The notes beneath the pieces are model-generated. The model searched no databases, was not told the DNA's origin, and was given only the letters and a program-made list of their open reading frames with translations. Below are positions 51,210-64,000 of a stretch of DNA of 64,000 bases, one piece after another; positions within the stretch are counted from its first letter, which is position 1; each line of letters starts with the position of its first letter. The translations under genes and the position numbers were made by a program. The stretch is from Monocercomonoides exilis PA203 (lineage: Eukaryota > Protista > Preaxostyla), in the NCBI GenBank assembly GCA_001643675.2, contig LSRY02000040.1, forward strand, positions 310,001 to 374,000. The letters are read 5' to 3'.

Positions 51210-51880
51210 TTTAAAAGAAAGATCAGAATTTTTATTTGTTTTATTTTTTGATCAATATTATGCTCGTGTTTTCACGAGTTTTTAAAACTGAATGTTTTAT
51301 TTCTAAGCATTGTTTTGTCACTTTTCTTTTTTCTCATTTTTGGTTCTTTCATAACATAAGATAATCTTTATTTCTATCTGTTTTAACACCTCACTTTTTT
51401 TTTGCGAAATCGAAAATTTGTGATAAAATGTCGTTATTTTTTGTATTTGTTATTCGTGTTTTTTCAACAATTTTGTATTACAAATTCTTGATGTGGAAAA
51501 AAACTATCACAAAATGTACTTTTATCAGAAAATGAAAAATTTGAAATTATGTTTTTCACGTTAAACTTTTTATGCATATAAAATTTTCAAAGTCTAATTT
51601 TAAATTTGATATTGCTCATTATATTTTATCAATCGAATGCAAGAAAATATATAAATTTCCATTTCTATTGTTGATATTTGAGTTTTATTAAAAAAATGTG
51701 AGATGTGAAAACTTGTGAAAAAAAAAGTTTTTTCTAGTTTTTAAATAATAAAAAATGTGAAATGGAAAAGTTTGAAAACAATGTTAACAAATTGAACACT
51801 CAGTTTTTCAAACTCGTAAAAACACGAACTAAACATTGATCAAAAAATAAAACAAAAAAAATTCTGATCTTTCTTTAGAG
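51210..51880. repeat. Inverted repeat, ~85-bp arms with ~500-bp spacer, adjoining the D2 5' end
   Basis: AAAGAAAGATCAGAATTTT..TGATCAAT..CGTGTTTT.ACGAGTTT (51212-51296) is inverted at ~51795-51878. Confidence 0.7.
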
Positions 51881-54800
51881 AAAATTTCCCAAAAAATTAT
51901 GCATGCAAATTAACATTATAATATTATTTGTTTAGAATTGTTCTTATTGAACACAAGCTTCTATTTGAAGCTACAAGAAAAAAAGATTGGGATCATTTAA
52001 AAAAACTGGGTCCTAATCAAAATCTGAACCTTCAGTTTTTTTCAATATTCACCTCACTCTTTAATCAATTGAAAAGTTCAATGAATACAACAATCAACAA
52101 TAAAGTTCGTTGTGGTTGAAATTTTCTTTTATATTTTCCTTTTAAAACGGGAATCAATTGTTCCACATTTCAATGACTGCTCAACTTCTGAAACTCAATT
52201 TGTTGCAAATCAATTAAAATGGTGTATTAGCTATCACTGATTTCTGTGAGTACATCCTTTGCTATTGCATACGATATTCTGTTGGACGAAGATCATTATC
52301 GTTTCTTCAATAATATTTTCTATGACTGAAGGGATCAACGTATCTGCTTTTTTTCCAGGCCAAAAGCCACAAGAAGTCTGAATGAAGCTCAGATTAACGA
52401 ATTGTTGTTTGAGCTTAAAACGAAAGATTCATTGGGGTGCCATTATAACTTTTTTTTCACTCGAAAATAGAAAAACACTTCAAAGATAAAAATGAGGCTG
52501 TTTTCAAAAGAATATAATTTCTTTTTTTCTGTTTTCGTCATTCGAAACATTTTCTTTAATTTTTTTCTAACTTATGAGTGTCCTTAAAATGTTTGCTTGT
52601 TCAATGAAATATCATTGTTGAATAATCAAAAAGAAATATATAAAAAATTGAATTATCATGATAGAGTTCAACAATTACAAAAAATTTCTCACTTGTTTCA
52701 TTTAAGTGAACTTGAATTTTTTCAATGGCCCGTTCGTCAAAGGGAGTATTTTTATTCACAAAATATAAAAAGGAAAACACAGTCAAAATTTGTGAGAAAT
52801 AAGTCAAAAGCCTCAATTTGAATAGTTTTCTAATAAGCATTTTTCATTTTTCCTAAACATATTTGAATTTCATAATATATTCCCAGCTTCCAATGATTTG
52901 CATAAAGTTGAAAATTGGTTGCATAACCATTGCTCCTGCAATTGCCTGAATGGAAAAAGACGTTTCAAAAGTTTCTGTTCACTGTTTTTTTACAACTATT
53001 ACAAAACCGGTTTTTCATTTTTCCTTTAAATGAAGTTCTTCAAAAAAAATCATCAGTCGATCCAAAAGAATAAGTGTTGGAATTTGAGAATCATCTTTGA
53101 TATTCAACTACAAAAACGAATGAAGCTGATTCTCAATCAATTTGTCGGAAGGCATCATCGGAGCCAATTGCAAAAGAAAAAGAGAAAGAAAATGACAAAA
53201 TAATTTTGGAAAACAATCGCAATAACAATATAAGAAAAAAAAAAAAGGAAAAAGAAAAACTGTTAAAAAAAATATAAAAAATATCAATGAAAAAGAAGTT
53301 TGAAGAGAAAAAGAAAATCAAAAAAATATTAATGAAATAGTCACTATCAACGAAAATAAATGTGTTGAAAAAGAAAAAGAAAAGGAAATTAATGGTTTTA
53401 GAAATTTTTATTTTCAAAAAAATGAGATAATGATAATTGAGAATTCAAAAAAGAATTTGTTTTGAAATGAAAAATGAAATTGACATTTAAATGTTTTCTC
53501 ATCATTTTGGAAAAAGACAAAATCCATTAAAAGAGCGAAAAGGAAAACAGATTTGTGTGCAGCATGCAAAAGAGGGAATGTTTTAAAGGAGAATAAAAAT
53601 AGAATAGAAATAGAAAAACTTGTTTTTGAGTTTTGAAGAAACAAAAGAGAAAGAATTAAAAGAAAAACATCAAAAAATTACTCAATGCAAAAGAGATTTT
53701 TTTTTAATTTTTCAAGAAATAGAATGAAAAAAAAATGATTTTCCAATAAATTGGACTTTAAAAAAAAACTGTGCATTGCCCATAACGATGAATGAGACTG
53801 GAAGTTGTTTTCAAGACAAAAAACAAATTTCTCAATTGTGTTTTATTGTTTTTTAAGTTAATAAATATTTCATTTTGGAAAAATATTGTTTTAATTTTTT
53901 TTCAGAAATTTTATCTCATGATTTTTGTTTTGTTTGTGAATGCATAACTCCATCAATAAAACATAATTTTTTTGAAAATGTCAATTTTTTTCACTTTTTT
54001 TGTGATAATGGACCTCATTTCTGAAACTTTATTACACTTCATTTTTTGTTTACAAATTCTTCTCCTTTATTTTATTATAAAAAATGTTCTTTATCTTTTT
54101 TAGCTGAGCATCATGGAAAAAATGATTGCGACAGCGAATTTGGTCATTTGACTAATTTATCAAATAATAATTAAAATAAGACTGTTTAAAATGCTTTTGA
54201 TGATTTTATTTCCATTTTTTATTCCATTTATAATCTCAATAAATTTTTAAATAATAATTCCAATTTTTCTCTCTCCAATTTTTCTTCTTTTAATAATGAT
54301 TTTTTTCAAAATTTAGAAATTAATAACGATTCGGCTGGAATGGAACTGGAAACTTTGCAAATGAACAAAGAGAGCGAAAGTATTTTTAACACAAAACACA
54401 ACTTTTTGAAATGTTATGTTTTCTTTTCGAATTTTTTTGAATTGTTAATTTCATCATCCTTATTATTATTATAGACACAAAACATTATCAGAAGCAAATT
54501 GTTCCCTGCAAGGAATATGAGGTCTGAAAAAATATCCATATTTTAAAAAAAAAAGAAAGAGAATTATTTGTTTCTCCGATTAGCTCTGAAAAATTTGAAT
54601 ATTTGAAAATAATATATTACTCTGAAAAATTCATAAAAAATGAAAAAAATAGAAAAACATTCGAAAGAAAAAATGAAAAAGACAAAGAAACAGAAGGAAA
54701 TAATATAGTTGGAAAAACAGTGAAAAAAAATATAAAAGAAAGGTTATTTATGATCGATTCTGTATTTTTTTAACAGATCTGAGAATTTTTCCTCTTTATC

Positions 54801-55037
54801 TAAAAATGATTTTTCACATAGCGGAACAGCAGACATGGAGTGACCAAAAAAAGGTATAAAAGGTATGTTAGAAAAAGTTAATTTTTCAATTATTGATAAT
54901 TCGAATGATTCTCAAAATAACAATTCATTTTTATTTCCCTTTTTAAATTCTAATTCTGATTTTTCTAATTCTTTTTTAAATGAAGAAAGTGGCGCAGGTA
55001 TGTCATTTAATTCTAATAATTCATTAAATATTGATAT

Positions 55038-55827
55038 GGGGAAATATATTTGACTTTAGGCATTTTCGAAGAAAAATTATGCACTTTTCATTGACTTTTT
55101 TATATCAAAAAACAAAATAAAAATGGGTCCATTTTTTGACATTCGAGAAATATTGGAAAACTTTTTGGTTTGATTTCAACAATGCATGTTTACGCATATG
55201 AAAATCAAATTTATTTCAATATCTGAGAAAGCATAATAAAGTTATGAGTGAAGTAATTTTTTTGTGCTAAGTGCAAAAAAAGCTTGAAAGTCAGTATTTT
55301 CCCCCATATAAATAACAATAGCATGGAAATTGATTTTCAAACATCTTAAAACAAAAAAAACAAAGAAATAATTTTTTATACTTGCTTGTCTAATGATAAC
55401 AAATTTTATTTGTTTGAGGACATTGTTGAATCCTTTCTGTTTATATTTTATACATTAATTAATAAAAAACTTGCAGGCTTTGAATCCAGATTCATCCTCC
55501 CAATTGAATAAATTATGATCACTTTATAAATCCCGAAAAATCAAAAATAATTGTTATATGCAGGAAAATACGGACTTTCAAGCTTTTTTTGTACAAGGCA
55601 TTGAAAATTTTCTTCTCTCACAACATGATTAAACACTGTCAGATTTCAACAGAATCTGATTTTCATATCCGAAAACAAACTTCATTGAAATGACAACGAA
55701 ATGTTTTGCGACATTTCACGTATGTCAAAAAAATAATCCTGTTTTATTCAAATATTTTGATCTCAAATAGTTCATCAAATGTGCATAATTATTAAATGAA
55801 AGTGCCTAAAGAAAAATGTTTTGCCCC
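55038..55827. mobile_element. ~790-bp fold-back element, GGGG...CCCC ends, ~280-bp imperfect arms
   Basis: Paired blocks CTTTAGGCA/TGCCTAAAG, ATTATGCAC/GTGCATAAT, AAAAAAAGCTTGAAAGTC/GACTTTCAAGCTTTTTTT; a solo related arm at ~34301-34580. Confidence 0.7.
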
Positions 55828-56714
55828 ATAAAATTTTATCAAACAAAGATTTTATTTTTTAAATAATTTTTTCCTTTATTCAGTTTTCTTTTCTTTTTTT
55901 TCTAACGATCCTCTCAATTTTTTTTTGTTATTTGTTTTTTGAATGTTTTCCTTCATTTTTGCAAGCATAAGATTATGTGTGGAACAATTGTCTGATTTGA
56001 AAAATTTCGCATCAATTCTTCTTTTTATCAATATTGAACATATAAGAAAGAATTCTTGTATTTATAAAAAAATTCAATAATTGGTTCCAAAAAAGAATCT
56101 TCAATTTTGTTAAAATAGATTTGAAATTATTGAACAATATTATTAACAAAAATATTACAAAGTCAAGAAAAATCTCGAAATAATTTTCTTGAACAAAATT
56201 CATAAGAAAAAAATAAATATCCCATTTTTCGAAACATGTTATTTTCACAATTAGAAGGTCAAACAATCAACTAGTGTTTAACTGATAAGTTAAGAATCTC
56301 GAAGAGGAGAAATTTATTTTATTATGGAAAAATTCAAGCAAGATAAATAAGAAAATGAAATCAATTAAAGATAACAACTGAAATTATTTTTTTAAATCAC
56401 AATAGAAAAATTTAAATCATATGAATTCATTTTTGTCGCAAATTTTCAGTATTTTTCAATTGGAAATCTTTCTCAAACAACTTTTAAGCTTGGATGAACT
56501 CAGTTGATGTAATTTAAAAAGACTTCTGCAATTAAAATAAACCCATTTAATTCTGATAATATTCGTTTATTTCAAAAAAAAATTGCTTATGCAAATTAAC
56601 ACAAAAATCCAACAGAAAATCTAATCTGAAATATTACACTTGCTTTGCAAAATGATTTTTAAAGCAAAAACGTGACATATGAAAGCGATTCGAAAAGGGA
56701 ACAATACAAAAAAA

Positions 56715-56960
56715 TGCGTCGAAATATTATTTGAAAAGTTTTTTTTGTCAAATTTTCAAATAAAGTAAAAATTTCATATTTTCATCAATTTTCTGTTCCC
56801 ACTCACGAAACTTTTCTTTATTGGAAATAAAAACATTGTTTTGGTTCAATTTCCATTTTAATGAAGTATTATTAGTGAGAACAGAAAATTAAAAAAAAAG
56901 GAAATTATTATTTCATTTCAAAATTAAACAATAGGAACTTTTCAAAAAAAATTTTGACAT
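56715..56960. mobile_element. ~245-bp fold-back MITE related to 23688-23933
   Basis: Shared TTTCTGTT.CCACTCACGAAACTT and AACTTTTCAAAAAAA.TTTTGACA blocks. Confidence 0.65.
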
Positions 56961-58062
56961 GTGATCAAAAAAATTTTATCAGAATTTCGCAGAACATAGC
57001 ATATTCTCAATGATTTTTTGAAAAAAAACTCTGATTGGAATTTTCTGAGTTGTCTGTCTTTCATTTTCACCAATAGGCTTTTGGAAAAAAATATTCATGT
57101 TTTCGTGTTTGTTAAAAAAAAAAAAGACAGAATCAAAAACAAAACTTAGGAAAATTTATTTGCTTCAATCACAAAATAACAGAGAACACTTCTTATGAAA
57201 TGACAATTATAATTTTTCCAATATTTTTTGCTTATATCTGTACTGTGGTTGCAGCGTTCAATTCAACATTATCTTTGAGATACAAAAAAATCAACCGACC
57301 TCTTCCAAATGAATCAGGTTTTAATTTAAGATTCAATTCATTGATTCAAAATTTCAATGGGTCTGGAAATTATAACTATATAGGAGAACTTATTTTCCAA
57401 GTTGACAAAAATCAAAATCTGAAAAAGAAGAAGATTTTTTATATCGTTTGTAATTACAGACTTTGACACTTTATATTATTTCTTTGAAATATAAATAAAC
57501 GCTATTTTCATTGTCAGATTTGATACAAAAATGAATTGTGTTTCTTTGACTTTCAATGGAAAACTCAAAGAATCACATTGAATCAATTGATTTGCAAAAA
57601 TTGATGTTTGGGCTAACCGTTTTGTTTTTATGAAAATAGTGTAAACACTTATTCCTTTAATATTTCACTTTATAACTTGGTTTTTTCAAATTTTTTTCAT
57701 TCATAAACAGATATGTTAACCTTAATTCAAATTCATCTCTTACGAAGATTCTCATTCGCCATTTGCTGACTACACGTTTCTAATCTTTCCAGTAATAATT
57801 ATTTGAACACAATTATTACAAAATTTCAAAGACTGAACTGATACGCACTTTAGGTCCATTTAGATATTATTTTGAGTCTAATATTTAGATGCAAACACAA
57901 GTTTAATCATGAACACTTTCATTTCCAGAATGGTGAATATGTTTCTTTCGGACACCCTTCCCAAGAAATATATATTAGAAAGTTTATCAACAATAATTTC
58001 TTGGAAAAGCATTCTCTTTTAAATATGACATTTTCATTGAAATGCAACAAAGAAAAGTTCAC

Positions 58063-59210
58063 ATGAAACGAAAGTGCAATTCTTCCTTCCTCAATTTATT
58101 GACAAAATCTCTTCACTCACATTCAAATGTGGCTTTTGATCAATCTTCAAATTATTTGATAACTGAAAATGAGAGTTCATTTGAAGTTGCTTCGCAATCT
58201 TGTCGCTCTGCTTTCAATAGCATTTGTCAACAAGAAACAATTTCTGAACCATCGGAAGAATGCGTTTTCACTTCGAAATCTTCTTTTTTTCATCGCTCAG
58301 AATCGTTATTATTAACAAAAAAATCTTAATCGTCCAAAATCAACAAAATGTGTGACAAGGTCATTGTTTAATAACAGATACACTGCCAGATCATGATATT
58401 TTTCATCAAAAAAGGAAACAGTCACAAAAAATATTGAAAAATGTTTCGAATTAGAGGAAAGCAGTGAAAGTGATTCCGACACACACGGATTTATTTTTGA
58501 AATGTTTATCCAAAATCCAGAAAAAGATAACTTTCGATTACCTCCTGAAAGTCTAATTGAATTAGGGAATCAGATGTCATCTCTTCTTCAAATAGATTTC
58601 AAAAGAGGTCCAAAAAGAAAAGTCACAGTTCATGACCAATTAGTGATATATCTTGAGTGGCTGTCAAGCAATACCACAGAGGATAAAATAGCCTTTTTCC
58701 TTGGACTATCTCAAACCATGGTATCAAACAGCATAATAGAAATCCGACCTTATTTGCTTGATGTGCTTAGAAGCATGTATTCAAATCCTCCTCGACCACC
58801 ATCCTTTACAAATGAAGAATTTCCATATGTTGCGTTGCTTGTGGATGCAACAACGAAAAAATACCAACTTCAATTGTCAAGATGAAAGATGCAAAAATTA
58901 AATGATGGGAACCATTAGTTGTATTGCATGAAAATTCAAGTTGCTGTTTCTTCTTTAATTCTATTCAAGCCCTTTTCGTTTCTGATGCTGTTCCAGGAGG
59001 AGAGCATGACCTAACGTTATTCAGGCGAGGTCTTCATAGATATGTGCAGTATTTGAAAAAGACTGATGAAGAAAAACAACACACAATTGAAGATATGCAA
59101 CACGATAGTTGGGTAATAATTGGTGATGAAGGATTTCAAGTGCATTTTCCTAATATTAGGCTTATCACTCCAATAAAAAAAACTGCAACATTGCAAAAAA
59201 GTCATTTATT
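58063..59210 (+). pseudogene. Second, unrelated DDE_Tnp_4 (Harbinger/ISL2EU-like) transposase, frameshifted and 3'-truncated
   Basis: DQLVIYLEWL HTH segment, LLVDAT, PGGEHDLTLF, IIGDEGFQ, ITPIKK; final catalytic E segment absent. Confidence 0.8.
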
Positions 59211-59219
59211 CTCCTTCTC

Positions 59220-59511
59220 AACCTCAACCTCAGTCTCTTCCTCTTCTTCCTCCTCCTCCTCTTCTTCCTCCTCCTCTTCTTCCTCCTCCTCCTCCTCCTC
59301 CTCTTCTTCTTCTTCTTCTTCTTCCTTCTTCTTCTTCCTCCTTCTCTTCCTCTTCTTATTCTTCTTCATTAAATTCTTCTCTTTCTTCACTTTCTTATTC
59401 TTCACTCTCTTCGCCTTCTGCTTCTTCTTCTTCTTCTTCTTCTTCTTCTTCTTCTTCTTCTTCTTCTTCTTCTTCTTCTTCTTCTTCTTCTTCTTCTTCT
59501 TCTTCTTCTTC
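59220..59511. repeat. (TCC/TCT/TTC)n trinucleotide tract
   Basis: Directly visible; pure TTC run ~59421-59511. Confidence 0.95.
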
Positions 59512-60336
59512 CGTTTTATTGTTTGTTGATTGTTGCGTATGAAGAAGAGAAGAATTAAATAAACCAAAGAATGAAAAGGCATTTAAAGGTTATAAATCAG
59601 AAAAAGAGGGAGAGGAAAAGGAAGAAGAAGATGATGATGATTGTTGTGAGGATGATGAAGATGATAGAGATGAAATAGAATTAAAGATAGAAGGAGAAGT
59701 TGAATGTGAAGGAGAAAATGAAGATGGATGAGGAGAGGTGGAAACATTTCTTGGCAAAGTGGAATATTGAATTGATTGAATTGTTTCCTATTCTGATGAT
59801 TCAAAAAGAAAAGAATGAGAAGAGGAAGAGGAAGAGGAAGAAGAAGAGGAGGAGGAAGAAGAAAAAAAAGATAAAAAATGCTAAGAGCATTTAACTATTA
59901 AAGAAATGTCTTTGAAGAAGTTTTTTCATTAAATAACTGGATTGCCTAAAAGCTACTGCAGAAAGTGATATTAGACGGATCTGAACAAACAGATAAAGAA
60001 GTTATTGCTGTGATAAGGAGAAAGAATTTATATAAACAACACTTGTTATATGAATGAAACGTCAACACATCGAACAAATTTGCGATAAAAATTATTAAAT
60101 TGCCAATGAAAAAGATGAATAAGAAAAAAATGAAACAAAATCTCTCACATTCCAATTTCAGCTCAGTGCTTCAAACCTTCCACAAAAGATAAAAATTTCA
60201 AACAAACAGTTCAGATAACATAGAAACAAATTTGACATTTGAATCAATTTTAAAACTAAAATTTTTGAAATTTATTTGATTATTACCATTGCATTTTCGA
60301 AATTTTTTGAATATTGTACTTATTGTTGAGGGCATG

Positions 60337-60672
60337 AACCCGCACTTGTGCAAAAACACGCACACTTGACATTTTCTTTCGAAACACTCTTCCACTTTCA
60401 AACGTGTGAAAGCGTTTGGCATTTTGATTCCACCTGTAACTTTTTTGTCCAATATAAAGTATTTCGAATGAAAAATTAAAAATAAAAAATTTTGATCAAA
60501 AGATCAAAAATGATCAAAATTTTTTATTTTTAATTTTTCATTCGAAATACTTTATATTGGACAAAAAAGTTACAGGTGGAATCAAAATGCCAAACGCTTT
60601 CACACGTTTGAAAGTGGAAGAGTGTTTCGAAAGAAAATGTCAAGTGTGCGTGTTTTTGCACAAGTGCGGGTT
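60337..60672. repeat. Perfect inverted repeat, 162-bp arms, 12-bp spacer
   Basis: 60337-60498 is the reverse complement of 60511-60672; spacer AAAGATCAAAAA. Confidence 0.95.
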
Positions 60673-60873
60673 TTGCACACACTTTTACACGACACCTTTC
60701 TAAATTAAAAATAAACTTGAGATCATATGTTTAAAGCACATTTGAAAAGATAATTCAATCGTTAATTAGTGAAAAAATCAGATTTATAAATACAAATTTT
60801 TGATCAACCTATATTAATATTCTAAATATTTGTGTAAAAAACTTTTTGTTTTTAAATGAAGATGGGAATATAT

Positions 60874-61129
60874 GGGTGATTATTTTTGATATCATAACTT
60901 TTTTCGGCTTGTCGATTTTGCAAAATTTGCTTTTCATTGAAAAGAGCTTTTGAATTTAAATGCTCAATTTATCACAACTATTTTATGATTAAGTGAATCT
61001 GCTGAAATAAAGATTATTATTTTTTTATTGAGCCTTTTCACTCTTCAGTGATCATTAATTTTTTTTCAAAGGATATTTTTGAACAGAAAATTTTAAATGG
61101 AAAAAATATGATTTCAAAAATTATCATCC
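60874..61129. mobile_element. 256-bp GGG...TCC MITE, TSD ATAT
   Basis: TIR GGGTGATTATTTTTGATATCATA; ATAT at 60870-60873 and 61130-61133. Confidence 0.8.
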
Positions 61130-61174
61130 ATATGTTATATCAAAAACATTAACGAATGTCAAACATCCAATCAT

Positions 61175-62330
61175 TTGATGGAGGAAAAACAGAATTTGTT
61201 GATGATTTTTTGCAATAATGGAGAAACCATGCAATGGCTTCAAAACAATGTGATTAACACTATCAGAAAATGCCCAATAGCAACTTGTCGTTCATTAATG
61301 ATTTTAATTAGAGGAAGTGAAGGAAAATGGTTCTTCAGATGCAGCAAATGCAGAAAAGTGGTTTCTTATAGGACAGGAACTCCGTTCAATAAATCCAAGC
61401 TTTCAATTTCAAATCATATTCTGATCCTTTACCACTTTCACAATCATCTCAATATAAAACAAACATCATCTCTAACTTCATGCGAAAGACACAGTATTTC
61501 TTATTATTATTGCATTTGTCGAAGAACATGATCTCAGATGATAGGAGGAATCCAAACTCCCATAGGAGGTCCTGGCAGCATTGTGGAAATTGACGAAGCT
61601 GTTTGGAGAAGGCGAAAATACAAGAGAGGTTTTGATTCTTTATCTTTTGAAACTTAATTATCAATTGAACTTTTTTTATAAGGACGTGCAAAGAAGCAAA
61701 TTTGGATTTTCTGTTCTCAGGAACGAGGATGAAAAGCATTTGTTTATCCTGTGGCCAACAGATCTGCTCAAGTATAAATTCATTTCAAAAAAAAAAATAT
61801 ATTCGTTTGGGAACAGAAATTCACTCTGATCAATGGAAAGTCTATTCTTCTTTGAGTGAGAATGGATTAACACGCAAGACAATCAATTATTTCGAGCATT
61901 TTGTTGGTTTTTGTAATCTCTTTTTATTGTGTTTTTTCATGAAATGTTATTTCACACTTATTCAAATCCAGTCACAGATGCTTGCACAAATCGTTTGAAA
62001 ACATGGTGGCGTGCCCTTTGTGAATTCATGCATTCACATGGAGTGAGAATAAAAAGAATGCAAGAATATATCTATTCATTTTTGTTTTTCAGAAATCGAA
62101 AAGTGGATTTTTCATTTTGATATCGAATGTAATGAAATGCAGCGATGAATAATGCAAAGCTCTTGAGGTTGAAGCTTTTGGGCCAAAAGAAGAGGAAGAA
62201 GAGGCTAAAGCTGAAATGCTACACGAAGAAGAATCTTCAGAATAAGATTATGAACTTGAAACAAATACATCATCGGATGGAGTGGGGGAAAGAGCTGATC
62301 CATCTGAATGGGATGCTGATAAATGAATTC
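61175..62330 (+). pseudogene. Merlin / IS1595 (ISXO2-like) transposase with Zn ribbon and introns, decayed
   Basis: CPIATC..FRCSKC..RTGTPF, IGGPGSIVEIDEAVWRRRKYKRG, IHSDQWKVY, ACTNRLKTWW. Confidence 0.88.
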
Positions 62331-63315
62331 CGATTTTTCCACAAATCTTTCTTCTTAAAATTAAAATACAACATGCTCTCAATTATTATTTCTTTGTTTG
62401 ACAAAGATTTGAGATGTGGCTTATATGAACCATTTGCAATAATAAATCATTCTATCACAAAAATCTGAAAAAAAAAACGAGTTTCTGAATGTATCTTTTT
62501 GTTGTGATTAACCAAAAAAACAAATCTCAAAAAAGAACATTCATTCAATATTTTGTATGTTAAAAAACTCTCAAAGATAAAATTATTATTGTTTTCTGAA
62601 TGATGTTGAATACAAATTTGAATAATAATCTTTTTCTTTTGTTATTTTGATATTGTTTTGTTTTCCGAATTATATGTTTTTGTTATTTATAAAATCCTCA
62701 ATGAAGTTGGGAATTCTTGATCGAAGTCAGTAAATATGAATAAAGAACGTTTCTTCAAATAAAGGTGTGTTTTATTCGATTAGAATGTAGTAATATTTAA
62801 TAGAAATTTTTTATTCAAATTTCATCTAGTTTTTCTTAAATGAAATGGGTTTATTCAAATTAAAAAAAACGATTCACAATTCGTCTAACAACTTGATTTG
62901 ATATTCATCTTTCAAAAAAAATTTTCTGTGAGCATAAAGAAAAAAGTGAAAGCAAAATAATAATCCTTTCAATATGTTAAAAAGGAAAAACAAATCACTT
63001 TTTAAAATGAAAATTAATTATTTTTCCCAAAAATTCTGTTTAAATACATCTTGTTTCAAACAAGATTACAAATTATCACAGGTTTGGAGTAAGTGAAAAC
63101 ATGAAACAAATGAGATCGAGCAAAAATTACAGAAAAAACCGTGACACAAATATCTCATGTGAAAAAACAAAAAACTTTATGATGCTTTTCACAGAAAATT
63201 TAAAAGATTAATTCAAACATAATTTCAATAGTACTTTGATGGGTTAACCTTCAATGATAACGGATAAAACAGCTTGTTTTAAAGAATTCACATATTATAC
63301 ATGATGAAGAAACGG

Positions 63316-63715
63316 TTACATCCTGTAGCAAACAGCTTTCTTGCTTAGCAGAATTCCTTTCTGGAGATCAAGTTGATCTTCGCTTAAATCTTCCCAATCC
63401 TGGCTTTCTGAAAAGCAGTTGAGTCCATTTGAAGATTCTTCTTCTTCTTTCTCCTCATTCTCCTCTTCTTTCTTCATCATCTTCTTTTCTTTCACTCTTT
63501 TCAGTGATACAAACTCGCATGTCGATCCAGAATGATACAAATGCACACCCACGCGCACAGAGGGTGGGATGTCTGTAACAAAAAGCGGCTGCTCCAATCC
63601 GTTGATGAACAGTTTAGCTTCTCTTGGCTTTGAAGACAGGTTGATAAGCAGAGAAAGCAATGCACTGTTGTCTGCAGAGATGTTCCCGCTGGTATCTGTA
63701 CCATTGCACCACACA
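63316..63715 (-). CDS. Terminal exon of a host gene, SPRY/B30.2-like beta domain plus acidic tail
   Basis: Stop-free frame LSLLINLSSKPREAKLFINGLEQPLFVTDIPPSVRVGVHLY preceded by an AT-rich intron-like tract; domain call by visual resemblance only. Confidence 0.5.
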
Positions 63716-64000
63716 ACACCACTAATTGAGCGGAAAAGAAATGTTTGAATATTTTCACATTCAGAACATAATCACAACGGCAAATATTCAAATATTCAAA
63801 TTTGAATGAAAACACATTGGAATATTTGAAAATGAAAAAGGTTGTGTTTGTTATTGAATATCATGAAAGCGTGAAATATATGAAGATATATAGCACGTAA
63901 AGGGACAAATGAAGATGGAAAGCATATAAAAGTTAGAATGATTATTTTGAGCGACAAATGTGTTTTCAGCATTTTTTTTAAAGGAAAACAATTGTAATTG

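Noticed and set aside
52200-53050. Another pogo remnant on the minus strand (SCGFWP, SNGYAT); similar fragment IFNLDE at ~32520
   Set aside because: Too decayed to delimit or call confidently.
59202-59582. Poly-K/poly-E protein ORF
   Set aside because: Open frame is a by-product of the trinucleotide tract.

Overview
AT-rich, intron-containing eukaryotic DNA that is almost entirely transposable elements; standard genetic code fits. A weak clue (exon at 63.3-63.7 kb plus DIRS elements) suggests an oxymonad or related metamonad, which is inference only. Contents: single-ORF PIF/Harbinger-IS5-like (DDE_Tnp_4) elements; pogo-type elements; a Tc1/IS630 remnant; two Merlin/IS1595 remnants; two decayed DIRS retrotransposons; several fold-back MITE families; two copies of tRNA-Arg(ACG). 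Main candidate system: the Harbinger-like elements (AG...CT termini) lie head-to-tail in one orientation, typically separated by a single ANT-like triplet. One array ends 5 bp upstream of the tRNA-Arg gene, suggesting repeated insertion at one tRNA-adjacent or element-end site. That array and tRNA are mirrored in an ~8.1-kb palindrome (~23980-32070) centred on a fold-back MITE, which could be a hairpin-RNA silencing locus or an amplification/long-read artefact. Also seen: a conserved 90-nt GC-AG intron in three diverged transposase families, a pogo insertion whose reconstructed empty site lacks TA, GGG...CCC MITEs with 4-bp ANNT duplications, and a perfect 162-bp-arm palindrome. All alignments were done by eye.
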